From: Nitrospirota bacterium | GTDB taxonomy: Bacteria > Nitrospirota > Thermodesulfovibrionia > Thermodesulfovibrionales > UBA9159 | NCBI GenBank assembly: GCA_963699545.1 | Contig: CAVOUE010000005.1 | Span: 384,001-448,000 of the forward strand | DNA: 64,000 nucleotides | Direction of reading: 5' to 3' | Part shown: positions 20,403 to 28,850 of the stretch, in pieces | Position numbering within the stretch: position 1 is the first letter of the stretch | Layout of the letters: every line of letters starts with the position of its first letter | Made by a program: the position numbers and the translations under genes | The notes under the pieces: model-generated | Databases searched by the model: none | What the model saw: only the letters and a program-made list of their open reading frames with translations | Told to the model about the DNA's origin: nothing

Positions 20403-21515
20403 TTAGGCATTTGCGACGGCCTCTTGTTTTTGAAAACTGTGAAGTAAATGTGAAGTGTGCACTTCGTTGACCTTTATCTCCGGTGCATTGTTGAGCACCT
20501 GATCAAGAACATTCACAGCATTCGCCAGGTGTGCCGGTGCCAGGTGTGAATACCGAAGAGTCATTTTGATATCTTTGTGACCCAGGAGTCTCGATACTGA
20601 GGTGAGGTCCACACCGGCCATGACAAGATGAGACGCGAAAGTATGCCGGAGATCGTGGAAGTGAAAGTCCTGAATCTTTGCCCTTCTCAATGCGCTGCCG
20701 AATGACCGTTTAACATCCTGGTAGGGTTTCCCGCTTGTCGGATCGTAAAAGACATAGGGAACATCAAGCCTTCTGGTGAGGCCCTGCAGCGTGCTCCTGA
20801 GAGTGGAATTAATCGGGATTTCCCGGCGCTCTCCGTTCTTCGTCTTGTCTAGGAGAATAAAACCATGCTTCAGATCAATGTGAGTATCCCATTTGAGTTT
20901 CAGAATCTCGCCCTTCCGCATGCCGGTGTTGAGCGCCGTTATTACAATCGGCCTCAAGTGCTGATCGCATGCGTTGATAAGATCCCTGCATTCCTCCTGG
21001 GAGAGATACCGGAGTCTCTTGTTTTCCGGGAGCATCTTCACCTTACGGATTTTCTTCAGAACGTCCGCCTCGACCATCTCCCATTCAACAGCCTTGGAAA
21101 ACATAGCCTTCAAGACATTCAGCGTCTTGTTATTGCTGGCACCTTTCAGGCCTCTGTTTATTGTGTCTGTCTGAAGTTGTTCAACAATGGCAGTGTTGAA
21201 TCTTCTAAGAGGGAGAGTTCCGAAGACATGCAATAATTGTCCGATGATATACCCCTTCACCCTCGCTGAATTCTGACGCCCGGCGATCCATGCCGTGTAT
21301 TTCTCTGCGAGTTCCGCAAAGGTGTGATTGCTGATCTTCTTGACCTCGGGTTCCTTTCCGTCCCGGATTGTTGCTCTCCTGCCATCAAGAAGCGTTGCGG
21401 CATCATCGTATTTCTTTTTTCCCGAGGACTCTCGCCGCATTCTTCCATCGAGGCCGACGTAGCATATCCAGTAAACAGAACCACGTCGATAAATTCCTTT
21501 ACCTCTTCTTGCCAC
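20403..21515 (-). CDS. Tyrosine recombinase / phage-type integrase
   Basis: TGMRKGEI (R), KTKN (K), FHDLRHTFAS (HxxR), LLGH, MTLRYSHL (Y): complete catalytic set. Confidence 0.97.
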   Translation of the reverse strand: MARRGKGIYRRGSVYWICYVGLDGRMRRESSGKKKYDDAATLLDGRRATIRDGKEPEVKKISNHTFAELAEKYTAWIAGRQNSARVKGYIIGQLLHVFGTLPLRRFNTAIVEQLQTDTINRGLKGASNNKTLNVLKAMFSKAVEWEMVEADVLKKIRKVKMLPENKRLRYLSQEECRDLINACDQHLRPIVITALNTGMRKGEILKLKWDTHIDLKHGFILLDKTKNGERREIPINSTLRSTLQGLTRRLDVPYVFYDPTSGKPYQDVKRSFGSALRRAKIQDFHFHDLRHTFASHLVMAGVDLTSVSRLLGHKDIKMTLRYSHLAPAHLANAVNVLDQVLNNAPEIKVNEVHTSHLLHSFQKQEAVANA

Positions 21516-21741
21516 TCTTCATCACCTTCCTTCCCGTTTTCATTTTCGTTCCCTTCTTCTTTCTGTCACCACCTTTCTTTACCTTCAGGCATTCAAGGGC
21601 GAGATGCAAGAAGGCCGGAACTTTTCTTTCCCCTGATTCCCATTGAGAGACACAGGGCCTTGTCACTCCCAGCAGTTTTGCGAGCTGCCCCTGGCTTAGG
21701 CCGTGGCGCTCTCTCCATACTGTCAGTTTCTTAGGTTCCAT
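21499..21741 (-). CDS. XRE-family HTH regulator
   Basis: RERHGLSQGQLAKLLGVTRPCVSQWESGERKVP; overlaps the integrase start. Confidence 0.9.
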   Translation of the reverse strand: MEPKKLTVWRERHGLSQGQLAKLLGVTRPCVSQWESGERKVPAFLHLALECLKVKKGGDRKKKGTKMKTGRKVMKSGKKR

Positions 21742-21747
21742 GTCACA

Positions 21748-21776
21748 ATGTTACCACAAAAGAAAGGCGTTGTCAA
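21748..21776 (-). promoter_or_regulatory. Sigma70-type promoter for xre-int, predicted leaderless transcript
   Basis: Minus strand TTGACA-17 bp-TAACAT with TGn extension; ATG follows 6 nt after the -10 box. Confidence 0.75.
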
Positions 21777-21789
21777 GCATTATTTTCAC

Positions 21790-21954
21790 GGGGTGGTCTG
21801 CAAGGGTCTGTGCGAAGTGGGACTGCTTGTGACTGATGCCGTTGGGAAGAGACGGTTTACTGCCTCTTTTGCCGTCCATACTTCCACCACGGGAAGTTTG
21901 CTCCTTTAATAACTCCCCCAGCTTCGCCTCGGCGTAAAGAAGTGCCTCACCCAT
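21790..21954 (-). pseudogene. Fragment resembling the N-terminal segment of phage-type DNA-methylase-associated proteins
   Basis: MGEALLYAEAKLGELLKE...SLPNGISHKQSHFAQTLADHP looks like a conserved phage protein segment but runs into the xre promoter with no catalytic domain. Confidence 0.35.
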
Positions 21955-22729
21955 GCGCTCTGGAACCGCTCTCTCGGTGCATGCTGTGGTATGGCTTCCC
22001 GTCAATCGTTCGCTCTCCGTCCATCCTGTCAAGGGCATTCTGTTACTTTTCATAAGAAATACTATTAACAACAAAAAAGAGAAGATAAAGAACGGTGGGT
22101 CTTCTCTCTTGGGTGCGTGTGGGTTCGTTCTGTTTGGTCTGTTGTGTATGTGTGCGCCCGTCGAGTCGAGGAGGTGCCTCTTGGTCGGGCGTCCGTGTCC
22201 GTAGCGGGTCTCTCTTTCCCGGGGGAGTGCGGTGCCGGTGTAGTGCGTCTCTGTCGAGGTGCGGAGATGTGGGACCGCTTCATGGTCTGGGCTTGGGTAT
22301 GGTCTACCCTTCGTCAATCGCTCCTCCTCTCTCTCTTGATGCCTGGACCTGTTCAAGGGGTGTAACGTGCCTCTTGCTCGCCAAAGGAAAGGATAAGACA
22401 GTCTCAGCGCCCTTTAGTAGTGTTTTGTTATTTGAGATCAGGGAGTAGGAGATACCATCCGGTCCCGATACCCGATGAAAATTGAACGGTTTCCTGATGT
22501 TACAGAAAACGTTACTTTTGGTAACATCTGTGCAACTGTTATTCATTAACTCTCCGATTTCTTTCGATCAAACATCAATAATCCTGTATATCAACAGGGA
22601 TCGTCCGCTTATGGTATAGAGCGTCTGATGAGGTAGACGGTCGAGGTAGACGGTTGTTGACTTCACTCTTTGGTTCACAGTTCAAATAAACCTCTTTATT
22701 TTCCATGCCTTTAAAGCCTGTCACTACCC

Positions 22730-23044
22730 TTATACGGTAGTGCTCACCCTACCCTTACGGGTGGGTTCTCCTACTCCCGGCGTCCAGTGCTTCTTTGTCC
22801 AAGCGTCGATCTCTGACTTCCTGAAGCGAAGCTGCTTATTCCCGAGCTTGAAGAAGGGGATCGTCTTCAGGTGTGTTTGCTCATAGATCCACTTATGCTC
22901 TACCTTCAGGTATCCAGACAGGCCCGGAACATCAAAGACAATATCCTCCTGGCGGTGCCCGTTGCCTGGAAGTAAGGGCTTCAGGAGTTCAAGGACCTTC
23001 TCGGCTATGGCCTCAACGTCCTGCGGTTCAAGTTCGGTTCTCAT
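22730..23044 (-). CDS. Excisionase/AlpA-like DNA-binding protein
   Basis: FDVPGLSGYLKVEHKWIY...IPFFKLGNKQLRFRKSEIDAW. Confidence 0.88.
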   Translation of the reverse strand: MRTELEPQDVEAIAEKVLELLKPLLPGNGHRQEDIVFDVPGLSGYLKVEHKWIYEQTHLKTIPFFKLGNKQLRFRKSEIDAWTKKHWTPGVGEPTRKGRVSTTV

Positions 23045-23185
23045 GCCGTCTCTGTCACGGAGCGCAGCCTCCCCCCCCCCCGTATGACCCTGAAGGCCCC
23101 GGCCCTCCTTTTTCTGGCCGTCGACCTCCTGAAAAAGAGATGATACCTATATCGAGATATTTACTGGCGTGCTGGCAAATCTTCC

Positions 23186-24316
23186 TCATTTTTTTTGCAT
23201 CCCTTCCAGCAGTTTAAATGCTCTTTTATAAGACTTCGCTGGATCTATTTTCGGCATAATGCCCGTATCGACAAATCGCTTCAGTTCTAACGAGACGCGA
23301 GTAAATACTTCATCCCAGTTACCATGGCTACCTTGTCGAAAAATCCGCATAGAATCATAAAAACAGGTATCTTCAAAACCAGGTGTCCATATCCAGTCCC
23401 AAATATGCTCAAACGGCAATAATGTCCAAACGGGAACCCCTAATGCACCTGCAAAATGTACTACATTGTTGTCTATGGCAATGATCAGATCAAGGCACGC
23501 TATCTGTGCAGCAAAACTTTCAAAGTCTTTAAGTGAGTCAGCAGGATCGGGCCAGTCATGAACGGTAACGCCGAAGTTGTCTTTGACCTCATTCAATTCA
23601 TCGGGGCGTGCTCCATATTGAAGATTCAACCAATGCACTCCCTGGATGGAAAACAATTTCCCCCACTGACCCAACTCCGTAGATTGCAACCTCCAAATTT
23701 CCCGCATCGGTACCTTGCGCCATGCGATACCAATTTTCAGCCCTTTACCGAGTGACTGAAGACGCTCGCGCCATACCTCGACTCTTTGAACGTCCGGGAT
23801 AAGGTGGCGTGGCGGCCACGGGAAGACATGGATATAAGCCATTCGTAAAAATACGAGATCATAGAACGAGAGAGACAGAATATTGCGAACCTGCCCGGAA
23901 TAATTCGGGTAGAGCGGGGAAGAAAGGAGCTCACATATTCCATCATTATTATTTCCCACTATAAGCAGTTCGGGATATGAACGTTTTAAAAGCCCTATGA
24001 TCCGATTATCATCAACAATGACAACACACAAATTATTTTCTGCGATTAAGGGAATAACGGGGAACCCCAGGATCGTGTCTCCTATTCCGATTTTATAGAC
24101 TGACTTCTTTAAAATGACGAAGACAATTCTATCCTTGATCTTCTCACCGCTTTTTAATGAGTGTATTACTTCAGGGGAAACATATTGTTCTATAAAAGAA
24201 TCAGAGGGACCCTTTATTACTTTATTGAGCCACTCAGCGCCTTTCGCTAATACATCCAGGAAGCTCTCGTTTCCAGGGTTATTCATGATCGAATGCTGTT
24301 TAATAAGCTTCTTCAT
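23186..24316 (-). CDS. GT-B (GT9-like) glycosyltransferase without TPR repeats
   Basis: GIGDTI, RIIGLLKRSYP, KIGIAW, NLQYG, AAQIACLDLIIAIDNNVVHFAGALGVPVWTLLP, FYDSMRIFRQ...GNWDEV. Confidence 0.8.
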   Translation of the reverse strand: MKKLIKQHSIMNNPGNESFLDVLAKGAEWLNKVIKGPSDSFIEQYVSPEVIHSLKSGEKIKDRIVFVILKKSVYKIGIGDTILGFPVIPLIAENNLCVVIVDDNRIIGLLKRSYPELLIVGNNNDGICELLSSPLYPNYSGQVRNILSLSFYDLVFLRMAYIHVFPWPPRHLIPDVQRVEVWRERLQSLGKGLKIGIAWRKVPMREIWRLQSTELGQWGKLFSIQGVHWLNLQYGARPDELNEVKDNFGVTVHDWPDPADSLKDFESFAAQIACLDLIIAIDNNVVHFAGALGVPVWTLLPFEHIWDWIWTPGFEDTCFYDSMRIFRQGSHGNWDEVFTRVSLELKRFVDTGIMPKIDPAKSYKRAFKLLEGMQKK

Positions 24317-24644
24317 ACATTCTCCGCATCTTCACACCCGGACTGTTGAAATGGAAAATGCTATAGTCGCAGCCGCGCCAGAATCGAGTCTGGAAGTATT
24401 TGTCGATAAGCAGGATCATGGTGTCGGCGTCGAAGTCGTGGCTGACAGTGAAATGATCATCAGCACAAAAAAGGGTCCGGCAGAGTCTTGACCAGGTTTC
24501 CGGTCTCGCCTTCCGGTATTCGGGGAGTGCGTACCCTTTACGCTTTTGCAAGAAGTACCGGATAACCTCATCGGCTTCCTCATCGACTTCATACTCTTCA
24601 GAAAATTCTTCGTAAGAGAGAGGGTCTTTCTTTTCAGTAGTCAT
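24300..24644 (-). CDS. Hypothetical protein, possibly the C-terminal domain of a phage-type replication initiator
   Basis: 114-aa ORF directly after the rep-like ORF; tail LIDKYFQTRFWRGCDYSIFHF. Confidence 0.55.
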   Translation of the reverse strand: MTTEKKDPLSYEEFSEEYEVDEEADEVIRYFLQKRKGYALPEYRKARPETWSRLCRTLFCADDHFTVSHDFDADTMILLIDKYFQTRFWRGCDYSIFHFNSPGVKMRRMYEEAY

Positions 24645-24714
24645 TTTTCACCCTTTAAAAAAAGAGACGCGAATTTTTCGTAAGGAAAATTCCCTTGTAG
24701 TTTTTCTTCTTCTT

Positions 24715-24801
24715 CTTAAGCTTAACCTTCATCTTAACCTTCTACTTAACCTTAACCTTCACGCCGTCCTTGTCCCGGAGTACTCCTGGACTTGTCCGGG
24801 A
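24715..24801. repeat. Iteron-like repeat cluster (putative origin)
   Basis: CTTAACCTTC at 24721, 24733 and 24751, plus CTTAAC and CTTAAG. CTTGTCC(C/G)GGA at 24769 and 24791 (22-bp spacing). GGAGTACTCC palindrome at 24777-24786. Confidence 0.65.
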
Positions 24802-25141
24802 ATGAGGGGAAAAGATCATCCCCGAGGCGGTCTTCTCTCAAAACTTGATGTCTTTTCCAATTCAGAGAGTGGAGGTATTCAACCCCGTCCACGGTGAACC
24901 ATTTAACAGAGGTTTCCTTTGAAATCTCATCCAGACATTTCTTGATTGTGGAAATATCGAGCCAGGCAATAAGCGGACAGCATTCGCCCTTAATGAAAAA
25001 AGGAGAGCCGTTCATTTTCCCGTGGGAGTTGAAGTGTGGGATAATCAGACAGAAAAGGGAAAGAGCTTTCGGGGAGAGGGCCGCGACTCCGTGAGAGCGA
25101 GCAATTGATTTTCTGATCATCCTGCCAGGTTCAGTTTTCAT
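24752..25141 (-). CDS. Phage-type replication initiator / replisome organiser N-terminal domain
   Basis: GRMIRKSI.S..VAALS...LF..IIPH...G, WFTVDGVEYL...NW.RHQ pattern typical of phage initiator wHTH domains. Confidence 0.65.
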   Translation of the reverse strand: MKTEPGRMIRKSIARSHGVAALSPKALSLFCLIIPHFNSHGKMNGSPFFIKGECCPLIAWLDISTIKKCLDEISKETSVKWFTVDGVEYLHSLNWKRHQVLREDRLGDDLFPSFPDKSRSTPGQGRREG

Positions 25142-25369
25142 CTATTCCCCTCACCTTTCCGCTTTCTTGCCCATAGCGTCATTTTATAAGTACCCCGGAG
25201 TCCCAAAGGGGACCATTTTGTTGTTCACCCCACGATCCGTCAATAAGCTCGCCTTTACTGACTGTGGCTCCCCTTTTCCTTGCTGCTCCTTTTGCTTGGC
25301 GGCATGGAGGTGCTGAGGAGGTGACAGGACTCCGGGATACACCCTATTTTCCTATTAGTGCACATCCCT

Positions 25370-26479
25370 TTATTTCATGCTGTAGTCGGTGAATGCCTTG
25401 AGTTCTTCGGCGCGTCTTCTCAGTGCCTCGCCTTTCAGCTTGTCGAAATCCCGGACAAAGTTCCGATTATTTAAAATCCACATCCTCAAAAGTTCCTGAC
25501 TGACTTCAGTGCCACGCGTGGTCAAAACCTTAAAGAATTCATTCGCAAGGCCATCGAAAAGTGTCAGTCGCTCAGGGTCAGTGATATCAGCACCCTCACT
25601 TCCTAAAGCCCGGATCTCTGTCAGGTCTGACACGAGTTGATCCCTCGCCTCACGATTCTTCTCCGAGTTGTGAAATGACATTACGATTTTCTTGATGGAC
25701 TGAGGGAGGTGAGAAACTTTACTGAGACCCCTGTCAGAGAACAGTCCTGAGAAAACATCCTTGGCATAGTGCGGTAACACCTGCTTAAAAATGAAGTCAA
25801 AGGATTCTTCAACAGCTTCATATTCCAGGGACCTGGAAAGACAACACATAATCGGCGCGACCCGCCTAAGACCGTTGCAAATAAAAAAGACCCATGCGTC
25901 TGCGCCTCGGGGTTCCACGGCTTTTTCCCGGAGAACTTTGAGCTTATCGTCGTCAACAAGCCCATCAATTGCCCTCCGGATTTCGAGAAGCCGAAGAATA
26001 CAATCGTCAGCACCACTCACATCACTTGCGCTGATGGCCTCGCTAAATTTGCCGATGCCTTTTAGATATGCAACAACCCCGATCACCCCCACGCCGCAAT
26101 AGATGGTAGGAAAAATGACCGCGAAGTCTTCAGGAAAACTCTTCTGGAACTCCTTAAATCGTCCATACGCACTAAACAGCTCCCCCTTTAACGTATGTTC
26201 GTTTATGGGCCGGTAACGCCCCTTTAACTCCGAGACCTGGTTAGGGAACGATACATAAGCCTGGGCAGTCAAGGAAGAGTTGTAGCCCGATTCCAGCTCA
26301 AGAACGACCGCATCGACAATCTGCATGTCCTGGTTGAAACTCGCTTCGTCGTGGAGATACTGATAATTGTTGTTCAGCGCAGCACAGCGCCCCAAGAATA
26401 AAAATTTTGCGTCGTAGAGTGCCACAACGCCCCTGGTATTTTTGCCGAAACCGTATACATCCCTTTCGATACTATCCAT
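25370..26479 (-). CDS. Hypothetical protein (369 aa)
   Basis: Long ORF, AAGGAG RBS, 6 bp after the upstream ORF; no motif recognised. Confidence 0.75.
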   Translation of the reverse strand: MDSIERDVYGFGKNTRGVVALYDAKFLFLGRCAALNNNYQYLHDEASFNQDMQIVDAVVLELESGYNSSLTAQAYVSFPNQVSELKGRYRPINEHTLKGELFSAYGRFKEFQKSFPEDFAVIFPTIYCGVGVIGVVAYLKGIGKFSEAISASDVSGADDCILRLLEIRRAIDGLVDDDKLKVLREKAVEPRGADAWVFFICNGLRRVAPIMCCLSRSLEYEAVEESFDFIFKQVLPHYAKDVFSGLFSDRGLSKVSHLPQSIKKIVMSFHNSEKNREARDQLVSDLTEIRALGSEGADITDPERLTLFDGLANEFFKVLTTRGTEVSQELLRMWILNNRNFVRDFDKLKGEALRRRAEELKAFTDYSMK

Positions 26480-26485
26480 TTTGTT

Positions 26486-26740
26486 TTACTCCTTTGGCAT
26501 TTGCATCAACACAGTGTGCATACGCCTTTTCAAATTTTTCATTTTGTCCACAAAGGTCCTGACATTGACCTCAGCCCCACCGTCAAACCTTCTTTTCGCC
26601 GCAGCGAATCGCTCATTTATTTCAAAGGTAAATACAGCCTTGCCGTTGGTGATGATGATTTCAGCAGGTTCATCGAGGTCCAGTTCAAAATACGAGGCTT
26701 CCGGGATCGAGAGAGTCGAGTAAATCTTTGGAATGGTCAT
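26486..26740 (-). CDS. DUF5659-like small protein
   Basis: 84 aa, YSTLSI.EASY...GKAVFTFE...VNVRTFVDKMKNLK pattern; GGAGGTG RBS. Confidence 0.6.
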   Translation of the reverse strand: MTIPKIYSTLSIPEASYFELDLDEPAEIIITNGKAVFTFEINERFAAAKRRFDGGAEVNVRTFVDKMKNLKRRMHTVLMQMPKE

Positions 26741-26822
26741 TGTTTCACCTCCTCTTCTTTCGTCTTCTTGTTTCTTTTTTTTGGCTACCCATCAGTTACA
26801 GATAGCGCAACTCAAAACAAAC

Positions 26823-27188
26823 TTACAAGTTAAACTTTTTCGCGCGCTCGGCTGCGTGGTCCCGGAGTGCCTGATTCCTTTTTTCTGTCTCTTCGTCAAT
26901 GTGCCTAAGAGACTCTTTTACTTCAGCGTCGATGCGTGCCTCCATCTGAGGTGAAAGCTTTCGAGGTCCGAAAATCGATTTGTATTTACGGTCGGTTTCG
27001 AGATCTGCGAATAGTCTTTTTCGGTCTTCACTTGGAAAGACTTTGTGTAATCGGTCCTTCTGGTCTTCATCCAGGCCAACTTTTCCGTTTTCAAACAACG
27101 AAAGGGTCGCCGCATTAATACCAGTGAGGTTTTGCAGGTCCATCAGAGTCAGTCTTTTTGCGGTTCTTAAAATTTTGAGTATCTTCAT
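26823..27188 (-). CDS. XRE/Cro-like HTH protein
   Basis: LKILRTAKRLTLMDLQNLTGINAATLSLFENG; AAGGAG RBS. Confidence 0.85.
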   Translation of the reverse strand: MKILKILRTAKRLTLMDLQNLTGINAATLSLFENGKVGLDEDQKDRLHKVFPSEDRKRLFADLETDRKYKSIFGPRKLSPQMEARIDAEVKESLRHIDEETEKRNQALRDHAAERAKKFNL

Positions 27189-27309
27189 TTTCGGCTCCTT
27201 GCGTGGCAATTGCTATTAATTATTTATATTAAATCTGATAAACGGGAGAATTGCGAAGTAACGCGCGCAGGTATCCGTTACTTGAATTGTCTTACTGTGT
27301 CAGCAGGGC

Positions 27310-28254
27310 TTACTTTTGGGTTTTCTGAGAGGACTTGCGTGCTGGTAGGAATTCGCTTAGATTGCGTATCGTTCGGGTTTTCTTTATAAGATCGAAAGCC
27401 TTATTAATTTGGTTGGTAATTAAACATTCTTTCTCTTCCCAATAATCATGCCAGGATTTACCATCTTTCCTCGGAGGTGCTTTCTCAAACTGTTTAAAAA
27501 TCTCGTCAAGGATCATGATAATAATTTTTCTCTTTCCTTTGAAGCCCTCCCTTTCGATCTCCTTGTATCTATCATATAATTTGAAATCGAGTTCTATAAT
27601 TTCGAACATCTCTTTGTCCGGGATAAGAGTATCCGCTGAAGTTCTCTTATCAAGAAACATTTCTCCCTTTAAAGTGGGGTTCTTTATGAAAAATCTCTTC
27701 TTCTCAATTTCAACGATTCTTTCTATCTCGTCACGTAAAATCTCCTTGGGCAAGGCTGGGTGATAACTGATATGTGCGGGCAGAGAAGGATCATAATAAG
27801 ATTTGATCAACCTGTTTTCTACTCTCTCGTATGTTTTCACAAGAGAATTATTTCCTAACAACTGCTTTGCCGCATACCGATTTTTTTTGTTTTTGTCATT
27901 GGCTTTTATCGCCTCATTCAGGTCTTTCCATTCAGCATCACTTAATGAATCCTTCGTTGGTTCCTGCGAGGAAGTTAAAATTGCATATTGACTCACCCTC
28001 TTTGTAATACTTCCAAAACGATCTTCATGTTGCTTTACAGTCCACCTTTCTCCTTTTATCAAACACGGCAATAAGGCATCTTTGTCTCTCAATTTCGCGT
28101 AATCCTCTCGGCGCTTTAGAGCCATAACAAACCAATAATGCGCTATATCATGAGGTGCCAAAATATGGCTCCATGAAGGAAAAGAACCTTTTTCGATGCT
28201 CTTGATATATTTCTGAATGGGGGTATCCAAGAGGGGTTCTTTTTTTTGTTTCAT
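27310..28254 (-). CDS. Hypothetical protein (314 aa, AT-rich, Lys-rich)
   Basis: Long ORF in the element; no confident motif. Confidence 0.75.
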   Translation of the reverse strand: MKQKKEPLLDTPIQKYIKSIEKGSFPSWSHILAPHDIAHYWFVMALKRREDYAKLRDKDALLPCLIKGERWTVKQHEDRFGSITKRVSQYAILTSSQEPTKDSLSDAEWKDLNEAIKANDKNKKNRYAAKQLLGNNSLVKTYERVENRLIKSYYDPSLPAHISYHPALPKEILRDEIERIVEIEKKRFFIKNPTLKGEMFLDKRTSADTLIPDKEMFEIIELDFKLYDRYKEIEREGFKGKRKIIIMILDEIFKQFEKAPPRKDGKSWHDYWEEKECLITNQINKAFDLIKKTRTIRNLSEFLPARKSSQKTQK

Positions 28255-28302
28255 CTGTCTCGTAGTGTTCTCCTTATTGCTGTTTTTTATTAAAACAACA
28301 TT

Positions 28303-28548
28303 CTAATACCAGGAATAACCTTTGCCCTGCATACAATAAGCTTCGCTATCTACCTGATCCATTAATCTCCTTGCTGCCATAGACTGCGCCTTGCATTGAT
28401 TCAGGTCTTGCCAGACTTCCTGCTGTGTTTTATTGGGATGATGCCAGCCTTGCCCTGTCCAGTACGTCGCACTTCCCCCCTGGATTGCCGGACCACAGGA
28501 TGAAAGAAGTACAGATAAACATACGCATGTAATTGTAATACGTTTCAT
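28303..28548 (-). CDS. Small lipoprotein
   Basis: AAGGAGG RBS; MKRITITCVCLSVLLSS-C lipobox; W..P..TQQ...D...C and CMQGKGY Cys pair. Confidence 0.8.
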   Translation of the reverse strand: MKRITITCVCLSVLLSSCGPAIQGGSATYWTGQGWHHPNKTQQEVWQDLNQCKAQSMAARRLMDQVDSEAYCMQGKGYSWY

Positions 28549-28625
28549 TTTATCCCCTCCTTGAGTCTCCGTGGTCATTTCCACCTGCTCAAAATATACT
28601 CCTGTCCCCCTGCAAAATCAAGGCA

Positions 28626-28651
28626 GGAGCCCCAGGTTTCCCCGAGGCCCC
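28626..28651 (-). terminator. GC-rich hairpin with GAAA tetraloop (terminator-like; weak U-tract)
   Basis: Minus strand GGGGCCTCGGG-GAAA-CCTGGGGCTCC. Confidence 0.5.
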
Positions 28652-28850
28652 TTACTTCCGTTCAGTTCTCCCTTTGATCCACCGGAACGAAAGACGGCAT
28701 TCTGTCATACTGATTTTCCAGCACGGAAATCCTGATGTCCGCAATTCCGTATTCAAACGCCATGATCCCGGTGGTATCTATCCTCAAAGAGATCGTGTGA
28801 TAACCGAGATCATGCAGAGCCTGCTCCGGGAGTTCTCCGAGGACACAGTG

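Noticed and set aside
21751-22356. 201-aa ORF in the element's skewed tract
   Set aside because: Low-complexity translation of a T-poor strand; only the last ~55-65 codons look protein-like.
28255-28305. Lipoprotein TAG is in frame with the downstream 314-aa ORF with no intervening stop
   Set aside because: Only 16 codons, easily chance; a lipoprotein fused to a Lys-rich cytoplasmic-looking protein is implausible, and an AAGGAG precedes the second ORF.
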